A stretch of 64,000 nucleotides of DNA from an uncultured delta proteobacterium (GTDB lineage Bacteria; Desulfobacterota; Desulfobacteria; Desulfobacterales; JAFDCJ01): positions 112,992 through 176,991 of the forward strand of contig CAWGCM010000011.1 of assembly GCA_963821065.1 (NCBI GenBank). The letters run 5' to 3'. The position numbers were made by a program, and so were the translations under genes. Below the pieces are notes generated by a model. That model saw only the letters and a list, made by a program, of their open reading frames with translations, was not told the origin of the DNA and ran no database searches. Positions 20,726-30,996 of the stretch are shown in pieces; positions within the stretch are counted from its first letter, which is position 1; every line of letters starts with the position of its first letter.

Positions 20726-21520
20726 GTGAGTGATGAAGCCATTATAAAAGTTGAGAATGTGTCTCTGGCCTTCGGTGGAGTTCAGGCACTTTATAACATC
20801 GATACCCGGCTTCTCGGTGGTGAAATCTTCGCCATTATAGGACCCAACGGGGCCGGCAAGACTTGCCTGCTGAACTGCATCAGCCGATTTTACACCCCCC
20901 AGGAAGGTCAGATTCTATACAAGGGTAAAGATATTCTTGGCGTTGCTACCCACGCCATTGCTAAATTGGGCATTGCCCGCACCTTTCAAAATATTGAACT
21001 TTTCAAAGGAATGACTGTCCTGGATAACATCAAACTCGGGCGGCACGCCTTTCTTAAATCCGGGATTTTTTCTGATATCATATACTGGGGCCGAACCCGG
21101 CGCGAGGAATTGAAACTGCGCCAGGAAATCGAAGAAAAAATCATTGATCTGCTGGAGATCGAAGCCATTCGGAAACAAGTCGTGGGCACCCTTCCTTACG
21201 GACTTCAGAAAAGGGTGGAGCTTGCCCGGGCCCTGGCCATGCAGCCGGAAGTTCTTCTGCTGGACGAACCCATGGCCGGAATGAACCTGGAAGAAACCGA
21301 GGATATGGCCCGCTTTATTCTCAATGTCAATCAAATGTGGGACGTGAGCATCATCCTGGTCGAGCATGATATGGGGGTGGTCATGGATATTTCGCACCGC
21401 GTGTGCGTGCTGGAGTTCGGCCAGAAAATTGCCGAAGGATCGCCCCGGGAAATACAGGAAAACCCCCAGGTTATTCGAGCTTATCTTGGTGAGGATGAAA
21501 AAGCATACTCACGCCTTTGA
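20726..21520 (+). CDS. ABC transporter ATP-binding protein (LivG-like)
   Basis: 264 aa with Walker A GPNGAGKT, signature LPYGLQKR and Walker B LLLDEP. GTG start. Confidence 0.85.
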   Translation: MSDEAIIKVENVSLAFGGVQALYNIDTRLLGGEIFAIIGPNGAGKTCLLNCISRFYTPQEGQILYKGKDILGVATHAIAKLGIARTFQNIELFKGMTVLDNIKLGRHAFLKSGIFSDIIYWGRTRREELKLRQEIEEKIIDLLEIEAIRKQVVGTLPYGLQKRVELARALAMQPEVLLLDEPMAGMNLEETEDMARFILNVNQMWDVSIILVEHDMGVVMDISHRVCVLEFGQKIAEGSPREIQENPQVIRAYLGEDEKAYSRL

Positions 21521-21647
21521 TAGACAGAACTGGTTATCCAAAAGATGACGAATAATATATGGCTAAATAATAAAAACAATAGCAGATTAAAATTAAAACT
21601 ATGTGAGCCTTTTTCAGGGTAAAGTTGCACCGCCCAAAGATAAAGCA

Positions 21648-23654
21648 ATGGACCAACAAGATTCCACTGAAAATCAAAACCCGAAAAGCCTCCCCGGCCT
21701 CCTGGTCAAAAACGCCAGGCGCTTTGGCGACCGCCGCGTGGCCATGCGGGAAAAAGAATTTGGTGTCTGGCAATCTGTTACCTGGCGGCAATACCTGGAA
21801 CATGTGCGTAATTTTTCCCTGGGTTTGATTTCTCTCGGCCTTAAACCCGGTGATGCCATCGGTATCATCGGCGACAATCGACCGGAATGGATTTATGCCG
21901 AGCTGGCTGCCCAGGCTGCCGGTGCGCTACCCTTTGGTATCTTCCAGGACTCGATCCTCAGCGAGGTTGCCTATATTATCGACCACTCGGAAGCCACCAT
22001 GATTGTGGCTGAAGACCAGGAGCAAGTCGACAAGATCCTGGATTTAAGAGATAAACTGCCCCGTCTTAAAAAAATTATCTACACCGATCCTAAAGGATTA
22101 TGGGATTACGAAGAAAAGGATCTTCTCATAGAGTTTTCCGATATTGAGCGCCTGGGTCGGCAGTTGCATCAAAAAGAGCCGGAGCGCTTTGATAAAAATG
22201 TTCGTGCCATTAAAGAAGATGATTTGGCCATAATTTGCTACACATCGGGTACCACCGGCAACCCCAAAGGCACCCTGCTGACCCATAAAAATATTCTCAG
22301 TATGGTCGCCTCCCTGCACGAGGTGGATCCCAAGCAGCCGGACGACCAGTTTCTTTCATTTATTCCGCTGCCCTGGATCGTGGAGCAAACCATGAGTGTC
22401 TTTTCCTCACTTTATGCGGGATATACCCTGAATTTTCCGGAAGAACCGGAAACAGCCATGGCGGATCTTTATGAAATCGCCCCCAGTTTGTTGGTGGCAT
22501 CTCCCCGAATGTGGGAAGGAATTTCACGGCAGGTCATGGTCAAGCACCTGGATGCCTCCTTTTTCAAAAAGCTCATTTACAATTTGTGCCTGCCCATCGG
22601 CTATCGTTGGGCGGATTTTAAATTTGAAAAAAAGAATCCACCGCTGGGGTGGAAAATTCTCTACTGGATAGCCTATGCCGCCATGTTCCGGGCCCTGCGG
22701 GATCGATTGGGTTTTTCCCGGATCCGATCGGCCATGACCGGTGGTGCTGCCTTAGGACCTGATGTATTTCGTTTTTTCCATGCCCTGGGTGTCAATTTGA
22801 AACAAATTTACGGGCAGACCGAAGTTGCCGGATACTCAACCATCCACCGGGATGGCGATATCAATTTTGATTCGGTGGGGATCCCGGTACCTGCAGCAGA
22901 AGTTTCCATTTTTGAGCCGGACCCCGAAGGGGTGGGCGAGATCTTGTCCCGGGGACCGGGTCTGTTTCAGGGATATTTGAAAAACGAGGAAGCCACCCGT
23001 GAGACGATCATCGACGGGTGGATGCACACCGGAGATGCGGGATATTTTACGGACAACGGACATCTGGTAATCATCGATCGGGTTAAGGACCTGATGCATC
23101 TTAAAAGCGGTGCCAAGTTTTCGCCGATGTTTATTGAGAATAAGCTCAAATTCTGTCCCTACATTGTCGAATCTGTGGTACTCGGCCATGAGCAGGATTT
23201 TGTTACGGCCATGATCTGCATCGATTACAAGCACGTCGGCAAATGGGCCGAGGACAAGCGCATCAACTATACCACCTACTCGGATCTGGCCGGCAAAAAG
23301 GAAGTCTATGATTTAATCGAACGGGAAGTGGTGCGGGTGAATGCAACTTTACCGGAGAAAGCCCGCATTCATAAGTTTCTTTTGCTTTATAAGGAGTTGG
23401 ATCCGGATGATGAGGAACTGACCCGTACCAAAAAAATTCGGCGTAAATTTATCAACCAGAAATATGTCAAAGAAATAGCCGCTCTCTACAGCGATGCGGC
23501 AGAACTTCCCATTGAAACGGTTATCCGCTACCAGGACGGCAAGACGGCCACCTTGCGCACAACTCTCATTATGCGTACCATGAAACCCGAAGACGCCTAC
23601 CAGGATCTGCTTAAAAAGAAAGGTTTCTGGGCGCAGCTTAAGGGAGGAATATAG
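21648..23654 (+). CDS. Long-chain-type AMP-dependent acyl-CoA synthetase embedded in the ABC operon
   Basis: Contains YTSGTTGNPKG, YGQTE and TGDAGY. The ATG at 21648 (MDQQDSTENQ) is preferred over the upstream GTG at 21603. Confidence 0.85.
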   Translation: MDQQDSTENQNPKSLPGLLVKNARRFGDRRVAMREKEFGVWQSVTWRQYLEHVRNFSLGLISLGLKPGDAIGIIGDNRPEWIYAELAAQAAGALPFGIFQDSILSEVAYIIDHSEATMIVAEDQEQVDKILDLRDKLPRLKKIIYTDPKGLWDYEEKDLLIEFSDIERLGRQLHQKEPERFDKNVRAIKEDDLAIICYTSGTTGNPKGTLLTHKNILSMVASLHEVDPKQPDDQFLSFIPLPWIVEQTMSVFSSLYAGYTLNFPEEPETAMADLYEIAPSLLVASPRMWEGISRQVMVKHLDASFFKKLIYNLCLPIGYRWADFKFEKKNPPLGWKILYWIAYAAMFRALRDRLGFSRIRSAMTGGAALGPDVFRFFHALGVNLKQIYGQTEVAGYSTIHRDGDINFDSVGIPVPAAEVSIFEPDPEGVGEILSRGPGLFQGYLKNEEATRETIIDGWMHTGDAGYFTDNGHLVIIDRVKDLMHLKSGAKFSPMFIENKLKFCPYIVESVVLGHEQDFVTAMICIDYKHVGKWAEDKRINYTTYSDLAGKKEVYDLIEREVVRVNATLPEKARIHKFLLLYKELDPDDEELTRTKKIRRKFINQKYVKEIAALYSDAAELPIETVIRYQDGKTATLRTTLIMRTMKPEDAYQDLLKKKGFWAQLKGGI

Positions 23655-24545
23655 GTGCAAAACGAATTTTTCTTTTTCATGCAGTTTCTTGTAACAGGCC
23701 TGTCCATGGGCTCCATCTACGCCCTGGTGGCCCTGGGGTTTGTATTGATCTATAAATCCACATCGATTCTCAACCTGGCCCAGGGCGAATTTATGATGGT
23801 GGGTGCCTACATCTGCCTTTCGATGACGCTGGATTTCGGGCTCAATTTTTTTGCTTCTTTTCTCATCACCATGGTCTTTTCGGTCCTCCTGGGCCTGGTG
23901 GTTGAACGGCTGGTGCTGCGGCCCTTAATCGGGGAGCCGATCATATCCATTATCATGGTGACCCTGGGCTTGACCTACATCCTGAGGGGTGTGGTTATCA
24001 TGCTGTGGGGCAATGATATTCGCCAGTTCAATATTTTCCCCCAACAGCCCATCGATTTATGGGGAGTGAAGATTACCTATCTGTACCTGTGGAGCATGGG
24101 CATATCCCTGGTGCTGCTCACCTTTTTTGCGATCTTTTTCAAGTATGCCCGCACCGGCATATTCATGCGGGCCGTTGCCGATCATCAGACGGCTGCCCAG
24201 AGCATGGGGATTTCGGTTAAACGGGTGTTTGCCATGAGCTGGTGCATTGCGGCGGTGGTATCTTCCATCGGCGGCATCTTGATCGGCAATATCGGCGGCG
24301 TCGGCGTAGAGCTCAGTCATATAGGGCTTAAAGTGCTGCCGGCGGTCATATTCGGCGGGCTGGACAGCATCCTGGGGGCCATCATCGGCGGCCTGATCGT
24401 CGGTATCCTGGAATTTCTGTCAGCCGGGTATCTGGATCCCTATATCCCGGCCATCAATGAAGTATTTCCCTTTATGGTGATGGTAATGGTTCTGATGATT
24501 AAGCCCTATGGGCTGTTTGGCATTGAAGAAATAGAACGAGTCTAA
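23655..24545 (+). CDS. Branched-chain amino-acid-type ABC permease (LivH-like)
   Basis: 296 aa, polytopic. The LVTGLSMGSIYALVALGFVLIY N-terminus is typical of LivH. Confidence 0.85.
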   Translation: MQNEFFFFMQFLVTGLSMGSIYALVALGFVLIYKSTSILNLAQGEFMMVGAYICLSMTLDFGLNFFASFLITMVFSVLLGLVVERLVLRPLIGEPIISIIMVTLGLTYILRGVVIMLWGNDIRQFNIFPQQPIDLWGVKITYLYLWSMGISLVLLTFFAIFFKYARTGIFMRAVADHQTAAQSMGISVKRVFAMSWCIAAVVSSIGGILIGNIGGVGVELSHIGLKVLPAVIFGGLDSILGAIIGGLIVGILEFLSAGYLDPYIPAINEVFPFMVMVMVLMIKPYGLFGIEEIERV

Positions 24546-24700
24546 TCGATTTGGGATTTGGGATTGCGGATTTCAGATTGAATAAATGGTTGATTTTTTG
24601 AATAGTTGATTAAGTTGAAGCGCGTCGATCTCATCAATTTAACCAATCAACCTCAATAAACATAATCAACTTGTCCTTCGGAGCCAACTAATCCTGGGAT
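24546..24700. repeat. Word-type hairpin repeat in the permease-permease spacer
   Basis: GATTTGGGATTTGGGATTGCGGATTT, then GTTGATT words facing their complements (AACCAATCAACC..ATAATCAAC). Confidence 0.65.
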
Positions 24701-24747
24701 AAGATTAAATGGCTTCTGCAACTGAAGAATATAGGTGAAGCGCGACA

Positions 24748-25788
24748 ATGCCAGCTGGTTTATTTCATGAAAATTATCGTACGGATGAACGCATTTTTCA
24801 GACCTGGTTTGTCAGGATCTGGTTAATCGCCTTTTTGCTGGTCTGCGTGCTGTTTCCGCTTTTTGCATCCAAATACATGATCTCGACCATGATCGAGGTG
24901 GGCATCGCCATCATTGCCTGTCACGGCTTGAATTTGCTGACCGGGTTTACCGGTCAGATTTCTTTAGGCCATGCGGCTTTTATGGGCGTGGGGGCCTATA
25001 CCAGCTCGATCCTTGTCAGCCACGGGGTACCCTTTAGTGTCTCCCTGGCCTGTGCCGGTGCCATGGCGGCCTTGATCGGCATGATTTTCGGCATTCCGTC
25101 GCTCCGATTAAGGGGGCTGTATCTGGCCATGGCCACCATTGCCGCCCAGTTTATTATCGAGTTTACCATTCGCCGCTGGGACAAGCTGACCGGAGGCGTT
25201 GAAGGCATGTACGTGGAGCCCGGAACTCTGGGCCCGTTGTCCTTCGATAATCGTCTGCATTTGTATTATCTGACCTTTATTCTGGCGGTGGCGGTTACCC
25301 TGGCGACCAAAAATATCATTCGCTCCCGGTCCGGGCGCGCCTTTGTGGCTATCCGCGATCGTTATTTGGCCGCGGAAGTCATCGGCGTCAACCTTTTTAA
25401 ATACCGCCTGATGTCCTTTGCGGCATCCTCCTTTTTTGCCGGTATCGCGGGTGCTTTAATGGCGCAAAATCTTGAGGTGATTACCCACGAATCATTTACT
25501 ATTCTTCAGTCCGTCGACTACCTGGCCATGTGTATTATCGGCGGATTGGGGCATATTTTGGGCGGTATTTTCGGTGTCGGGTTTTGGTTTATCCTCGAAA
25601 GGATGCTTGAGATCCTGACCACGACATTGAATTCAGCCTATCCCGATCATCTCACCTGGTTTGTTTCGATCCGGGAGATTGTGTTTGGTCTGGTCATTGT
25701 ACTGTTTCTTATTTTTGAACCCGATGGTCTGGCGGCCCGCTGGCGGACGATGAGAGCGTACTGGAAGCTGTGGCCGTTTTCGTACTAG
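24748..25788 (+). CDS. Branched-chain amino-acid-type ABC permease (LivM-like)
   Basis: 346 aa, polytopic, with GQISLGHAAFMGVGAY. Confidence 0.85.
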   Translation: MPAGLFHENYRTDERIFQTWFVRIWLIAFLLVCVLFPLFASKYMISTMIEVGIAIIACHGLNLLTGFTGQISLGHAAFMGVGAYTSSILVSHGVPFSVSLACAGAMAALIGMIFGIPSLRLRGLYLAMATIAAQFIIEFTIRRWDKLTGGVEGMYVEPGTLGPLSFDNRLHLYYLTFILAVAVTLATKNIIRSRSGRAFVAIRDRYLAAEVIGVNLFKYRLMSFAASSFFAGIAGALMAQNLEVITHESFTILQSVDYLAMCIIGGLGHILGGIFGVGFWFILERMLEILTTTLNSAYPDHLTWFVSIREIVFGLVIVLFLIFEPDGLAARWRTMRAYWKLWPFSY

Positions 25789-25857
25789 CATGGTGATTCC
25801 GAAATAGCATGACATAAAATATTATTTCCTCATTTTTAGACAGCTATAATCTTTCAA

Positions 25858-25933
25858 GGTTTCGGGTGTCAGGTTTCAGGTGTCAGAAACCGAAACTGCT
25901 GTTCCTGAAACTTGAACACTGAAACCTGAAACC
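25858..25933. repeat. GGTTTCAGG/GTGTCAG word hairpin
   Basis: GGTTTCGGGTGTCAGGTTTCAGGTGTCAGAAAC faces CTGAAACTTGAACACTGAAACCTGAAACC. The same words recur at 29117-29163. Confidence 0.7.
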
Positions 25934-26090
25934 GATTTGACGGGCTGCGAATTGATTAAAGGCGAAATTGAAATATTAATTTGGTAGCACTCCAATAAGG
26001 GGTAACGGTTGATTGTTTCGGATGTATTGGCCAATGTTTGGTAGTACAAACCACAATTTTAAATCTAACCAACAAAAAGGAGGGCGTATC

Positions 26091-27298
26091 ATGAAAAAAT
26101 GGACTCTCGTAATTGCCTGTTTGACTATCGCGGTGGCATTGTCTTTCGGTTCTCTGCCGAACCATGCCGGTGCAGCCGATGTTATTAAATGGGGTGTTTT
26201 AATTGATCTTTCCGGCCCAACATCGGATTGGGGCAAAAACCAGGTTAAGGGCCAGTTGGATGCGATGCGCTGGGTTAATGAGAACGGCGGCATCAACGGC
26301 AAGGAATTGAAGCTGATCGTCATTGATGACGGCTACAAAGTTCCACGCGGCGTGGCCGGTTATAATCGGCTGGTAGACTCGGAAAAAGTGCTGGGACTTT
26401 ATGTCCAGTCCACCGGTACCACCATGACCCTGATCAAGAAGATTGTTAGCGACGGGGTGGCCACCATTGCGGCCTCGTTTACTTCAAAATTCCAGAACCC
26501 CAAAAAGACACCGTTTAGTTTCTTTGTTTCCCCGTCTTACGGTGACAATGAGCCGTATTGCCCTCAAGTGGGTCCGCACCACCTGGAAAGACACCAGCCG
26601 CAAACCCAAAATATGCTACCTTTATCCTGACAACAAATACGGCCGGGATATTTTGAATGTGACTAAGGACTATGCCAAAAAAATCGGCGTTGAAGTGGGA
26701 CCGGATCAGGTCATCAACTGGCCCACCAAAGATGCCACGGTTCAGCTGACCAATATGAGCCGATATAATCCGGATTATGCCTACATCACCTCTACGGCCA
26801 TGAACGGAGCCGTCATTTTGAAAAACGCCAAAGCCCTTGGCCTCAAGACCAAATTCATATCCAACATTCGCAATTTTGAGGAATCCCTGATTACCTTGAG
26901 TGGCGGGGCAGCTGAGGGAAGCTATGGGGTCCATCCGATTGCGCCCTATGGCGCTGATGTGCCCGGTATGAAAAAGGTCGTCGCATCCCACGAAAAATGG
27001 CATCCGGGTGAGATGGGCACCAACGTATATGTTGAAGGCTGGGTGAACATTCTGTCGGTAACCGAAGCTATGAAGATGGCTGACAAGGCCGGCAATTTGA
27101 CTCCGGCCGGGATTCGCAATGCCTTTGAAAATTTTCGCAATTTCAGTACCGGTGGCCTGGCGCCACCGCTGACATTCACCAGCACTGACCACCGGGGCAG
27201 CTATGGCTGCCAAAATTTACCAGGTCCAGGGCGGCAAGATAGTGCCCGTGAGTGACTGGATTGAGTTGCCCAGAGACATGGAGTATTTTGGTAAATAG
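26091..27298 (+). pseudogene. ABC substrate-binding protein (Leu/Ile/Val-binding, PBP type 1 family) with two frame lesions
   Basis: RBS AAGGAGG and a signal peptide (MKKWTLVIACLTIAVALS). Frames switch near 26540 (..SPSYGD | MSRIALKWV..) and near 27205 (..DHRGSY | AAKIYQVQGGKIVPVSDWIELPRDMEYFGK*). Length 1208-2 is divisible by 3. Confidence 0.8.
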
Positions 27299-27357
27299 TT
27301 TAAAATTGAATTCATATATTCCTGTTCATGAGAAAAATTTAAATTACAATAAACATA

Positions 27358-27503
27358 AATGGAATGATGGAATGTTGGCCTCCGGCTCGTTGAGCCTATG
27401 CCTCGGAGAGAAAAATGGAATAGTGGGTCATTTATCGGAAGATATCATTTATAATTGATTGAAATCCTTGTTACCCGCTATTCCAACCATCCAGCATTCC
27501 ATT
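27358..27503. repeat. Nested TGGAAT-word palindrome
   Basis: AATGGAATGATGGAATGTTGG (27358-27378) faces CCAACCATCCAGCATTCCATT (27483-27503). An inner pair is AATGGAATAGTGGG / CCCGCTATTCC. Confidence 0.7.
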
Positions 27504-27540
27504 CTTCCAGGCTTTCTAAAGTTCCTGATAAGGTTGAGGA

Positions 27541-29116
27541 ATGCTTGAGCTGAATTTACCCAGACAGTTTAATGCCGCCGAATACTTTGTGGACCGCAAT
27601 GTGGCCGAGGGCAGGGGAGATAAGACAGCTATCCTGTTTGAAGATCAGGCGGTGACCTACGACCAGTTGATGGAAAATGTCAACCGGGTGGCCAATGTCC
27701 TCACCGAACTGGGCGTTGGCATGGAAGAGCGGGTGATGCTCCTGGTGCGCGACACGCCGGAGATGCTCTATTCTTTTTACGGTGCCATCAAAGCCGGCGC
27801 GGTGGCCATTCCCACCAATATTTTAATGAAAGCCCCGGATTTTCTCTACATGCTCAACGACAGCCGGGCCCCGGTTTTGATTGTTGACCCGGTATTTTTA
27901 CCGGAAATCGAGAAGATTCTCGATCAGGCAGTTTTCTTAAAAAAGGTGGTGGTCTGCGGTGATCAGGATCACCATCATCTTGTCCTTCAATGAGCTTCTT
28001 GAAAAGGCGGCAACGGATTTCAAGGCAGCCGCAACCACCTGTGATGATGCGGCCTTCTGGCTTTACAGCGGCCGCAATCCTGAAAAACTGATGGGCGCCG
28101 TGCATCATCACAGCCACATGGTCTATTGCGCCGAAGCCTATGCCAGGGGCATCCTGGATATGTCCTCCGATGACCGGGCCATGGGGTCCTTTTTGTTTTT
28201 TGCCTACGGCCTCGGCAACGGGGCTTATTTCCCATTTGCGGTCGGCGCTACCACTATCCTCATCAGCCATGCCCCCAGGCCGGAATTGTTTTATGAGGAT
28301 CTGTTAAAGTACAAACCCACGATATTTTTCACTGTTCCGACGCTGCTGGGATCTCTGGCCGATTACAAAAAATCCTGTCGTCAGGACGGGGCAGACTTGT
28401 TGCCTGTGGAGGGCTTGCGAGCCTGTGTATCATCCGCTGAAATTCTTTCACCCGAGATTTACAAAAGATTTAAGAAGGAATTCGGTGTTGAAATTCTGGA
28501 GGGAACCGGCTCGACCGAGATATGCCATATATTCCTTTCCAATCGTTTCGGCGAGGTGAGGCCCGGCAGCACCGGAAAAGCCGTACCCGGATATCATATG
28601 CGCCTGCTGGACGACGACGGCAACCCGGTCGGTCCCAACCAGATCGGAAATCTCCAGGTTTGCGGTGGTTCCATTGCATCGGTTTACTGGAACCAGCGGG
28701 AGGAAACCCGGCGCAACATGCTGGGTGAATGGTTTGTCACCGGTGACCGCTATCTGGTGGACGAGGATGGATTCTATTACTTCCGCGGCCGCAGTGACGA
28801 TATGCTGCGAGTCGGCGGTAAATGGCTGGCGCCACGGGAAGTCGAAAATACGATCAACCAGCATGAAGCCGTGGCAGAAAGTGCCGTGGTGGGCTATCAG
28901 GACCAGGATGATTTGATCAAGCCATACGCCTTTATAATCTTAAACCCTGATATTTCGCCTTCAGACAAGGTGGAAGAGGATATCAAACAGTTCGTCAGAG
29001 ATCGAATTGCAGCCTATAAATATCCGCGCTGGATCGAGTTTACGGATCATATCCCCAAAACGTCGGGGGGCAAGGTCCAGCGGTTTGTGTTGCAGGAGAA
29101 GATACAAGGTAAATAA
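27541..29116 (+). pseudogene. Benzoate/aryl-CoA-ligase-family AMP-binding protein with one frame lesion and a degenerate P-loop
   Basis: The N-terminus MLELNLPRQFNAAEYFVDRNVAEGRGDKTAI is typical of aryl-CoA ligases. The frame switches near 27985 (length 1576-1 is divisible by 3). The A3 motif reads YSGRNPEKLMG instead of YSSGSTGxPKG. Confidence 0.75.
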
Positions 29117-29163
29117 GGTTTCAGGTGTCAGGTGTCAGGATAGGGCAGGTTTCAGGTTTCAGG
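29117..29163. repeat. GGTTTCAGGTGTCAGG tandem words
   Basis: ggtttcaggtgtcaggtgtcaggatagggcaggtttcaggtttcagg, lying between the ligase and the ABC ATPase. Confidence 0.7.
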
Positions 29164-29188
29164 ATGAATGTACCGAAAGAAATTAACT

Positions 29189-29983
29189 ATGCTGAACGTA
29201 AACAATATCGAGGTCATTTACGACGACGTGATACTCGTTCTCAAAGGCCTTTCGCTGCAGGTCAAAGAGGGCCAGATCGTGGCACTTTTGGGTGCCAACG
29301 GGGCCGGCAAGACCACTACCCTGAAGGCCATTTCAGGCCTGCTGAAAGTCGAGGAGGGTGAGGTTACCGGCGGCTCTATAGAATTTATGGGCCGACGGAT
29401 TAACGAGCTTGAGCCCGAAGAGATTGTCCGCCTGGGTATCTTCCAGGTCATGGAGGGGCGCTGCGTATTTGAAAACCTGACCATCCACGAAAATCTGATT
29501 GCCGCGACGCGGACCCGTAAAAGTCGCACAGAGATCCGGCAGCGCTACGATATGGTCTTTGAATATTTTCCGGCGCTCAAGCCCCTGCGCAACCGGTTGG
29601 CCGGATACCTGTCCGGCGGGGAGCAGCAGATGCTGGTCATTGGTCGCGCCTTGATGTCGCAAACCAAATTAATGATGCTGGATGAGCCTTCTCTGGGATT
29701 AAGCCCGCTGCTGGTGGCGGAAATATTTACTATTTTAAAACGATTGAACCAGGAGCAAAAAATTACCATGCTGCTGGTTGAGCAGAACGCCCATCTGGCC
29801 CTTTCAATTGCCGAGCACGGTTATGTGATGGAAAACGGTAAAATCGTTCTTGATGATTCAGTTGAGAAGCTGAAAGAAAATGAGGACATCAAGATGTTTT
29901 ATCTGGGATTGACCGAAATGGGCACCAAACGCAGCTACAAGGATGCGAAGTTTTATAAGCGTCGCAAACGGTGGCTCACCTGA
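29189..29983 (+). CDS. ABC transporter ATP-binding protein (LivF-like)
   Basis: Contains MLNVNNIEVIYDD, Walker A GANGAGKTT, signature LSGGEQQ and Walker B MMLDEP. Confidence 0.85.
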   Translation: MLNVNNIEVIYDDVILVLKGLSLQVKEGQIVALLGANGAGKTTTLKAISGLLKVEEGEVTGGSIEFMGRRINELEPEEIVRLGIFQVMEGRCVFENLTIHENLIAATRTRKSRTEIRQRYDMVFEYFPALKPLRNRLAGYLSGGEQQMLVIGRALMSQTKLMMLDEPSLGLSPLLVAEIFTILKRLNQEQKITMLLVEQNAHLALSIAEHGYVMENGKIVLDDSVEKLKENEDIKMFYLGLTEMGTKRSYKDAKFYKRRKRWLT

Positions 29984-30126
29984 ATTTTTGATCTGGAAAC
30001 AGCCCTTTTCCGCAATATCTGCGTCAATCTTCAGAATTACTTGTGCGGCGTACTGACAGTAAACCTCCGCACAATTCTTTGATTTCCTTGATCTTGCGCA
30101 AAATTGCTATTCCCAGATCAAAAATT
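29983..30126. repeat. Nested inverted repeat after the operon
   Basis: The outer 14-bp pair is perfect: AATTTTTGATCTGG (29983-29996) / CCAGATCAAAAATT (30113-30126). The inner pair is TTGTGCGG (30041-30048) / CCGCACAA (30067-30074). Confidence 0.7.
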
Positions 30127-30171
30127 GGGGATCATTATTTTTAAAAATAATATCTGATAAAGGAGAGCAAT

Positions 30172-30654
30172 ATGCCAAAGGTTGGTATTTTAGGCTGTGA
30201 GGCCACTACCCGGGATATGGACTGTGTGATGATCGGCTGCTTTGGCAACCTGCGCGGTCGGCAGGGAATGTTCGAACGGTATACGGAAGAAGACCCGCCG
30301 GAACTGGTCGGCATTATCAGCTGCGGCGGATGTCCAACAGCCATCGGAACCGAGCGCATCTGGCAAAAGGTCAAGGCGCTTAAAGAATACGGAATCGAGG
30401 CCCTGCACATGACCTCCTGTCTGGTACAGGTTTGTCCGTTTCTGAAAGAATTTGTTGAAGCCATTCGATTAGAGTACCCTGATTTGCAAATTGTGGAAGG
30501 CACCCATCCGTTTCACGACATCGATGCCTTTAAGGCCGGAATTACGGAACTGACAACCCAGCGTGCCGTAACGCCCCAGAAGATGAATGACCTTGTTTTC
30601 AAGCGAATTAAGATTCACACGGATGAGGACGGGAAAGAAGTCTCTGATAGTTAG
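30172..30654 (+). CDS. CGGC domain-containing protein
   Basis: 160 aa with GILGCE..IISCGGCP..HMTSCLV Cys pattern. RBS AAGGAGAG. Confidence 0.7.
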   Translation: MPKVGILGCEATTRDMDCVMIGCFGNLRGRQGMFERYTEEDPPELVGIISCGGCPTAIGTERIWQKVKALKEYGIEALHMTSCLVQVCPFLKEFVEAIRLEYPDLQIVEGTHPFHDIDAFKAGITELTTQRAVTPQKMNDLVFKRIKIHTDEDGKEVSDS

Positions 30655-30905
30655 GAAAAATTTAATCAATAGAATTTCTCGCAGCTTTGCAACGGAGTAA
30701 ATGCCACATATTGGCGAACCCTGTCGAAGTGAGTCTCAAAACTGACCTCCGGACTTAGGTAGCCGATCTTCGGCGGACCGCATGTCCACAAAAAGATAAT
30801 CACCTGTCCACTGAAGTAGTAAACTGAATCTCAACTTTATTCATCTAAGTTCTTCCGATTGTCTAACAGCCTGAAAACTTAACCAATTTAAAATATCTTG
30901 CCCTG

Positions 30906-30920
30906 TGGAACGGATCTTGC
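30906..30920 (+). promoter_or_regulatory. Sigma54-type -24/-12 promoter
   Basis: TGGAAC-GGATC-TTGC has the exact GG-N10-GC spacing and lies 77 nt upstream of the OmpA-family gene. Confidence 0.45.
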
Positions 30921-30996
30921 TTTTAACTGACGAAACATGGAGCCTGAAGTCTATGGGATTCGAGTATAATCTATTCAAATCGCAGGAGGAGAGAAC

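Noticed and set aside
20541-20729. A 62-aa ORF just upstream of the ABC ATPase gene.
   Set aside because: It has no RBS, an odd composition (Cys/Pro/Arg-rich) and overlaps the GTG start of the ATPase. It is treated as part of an untranslated leader.
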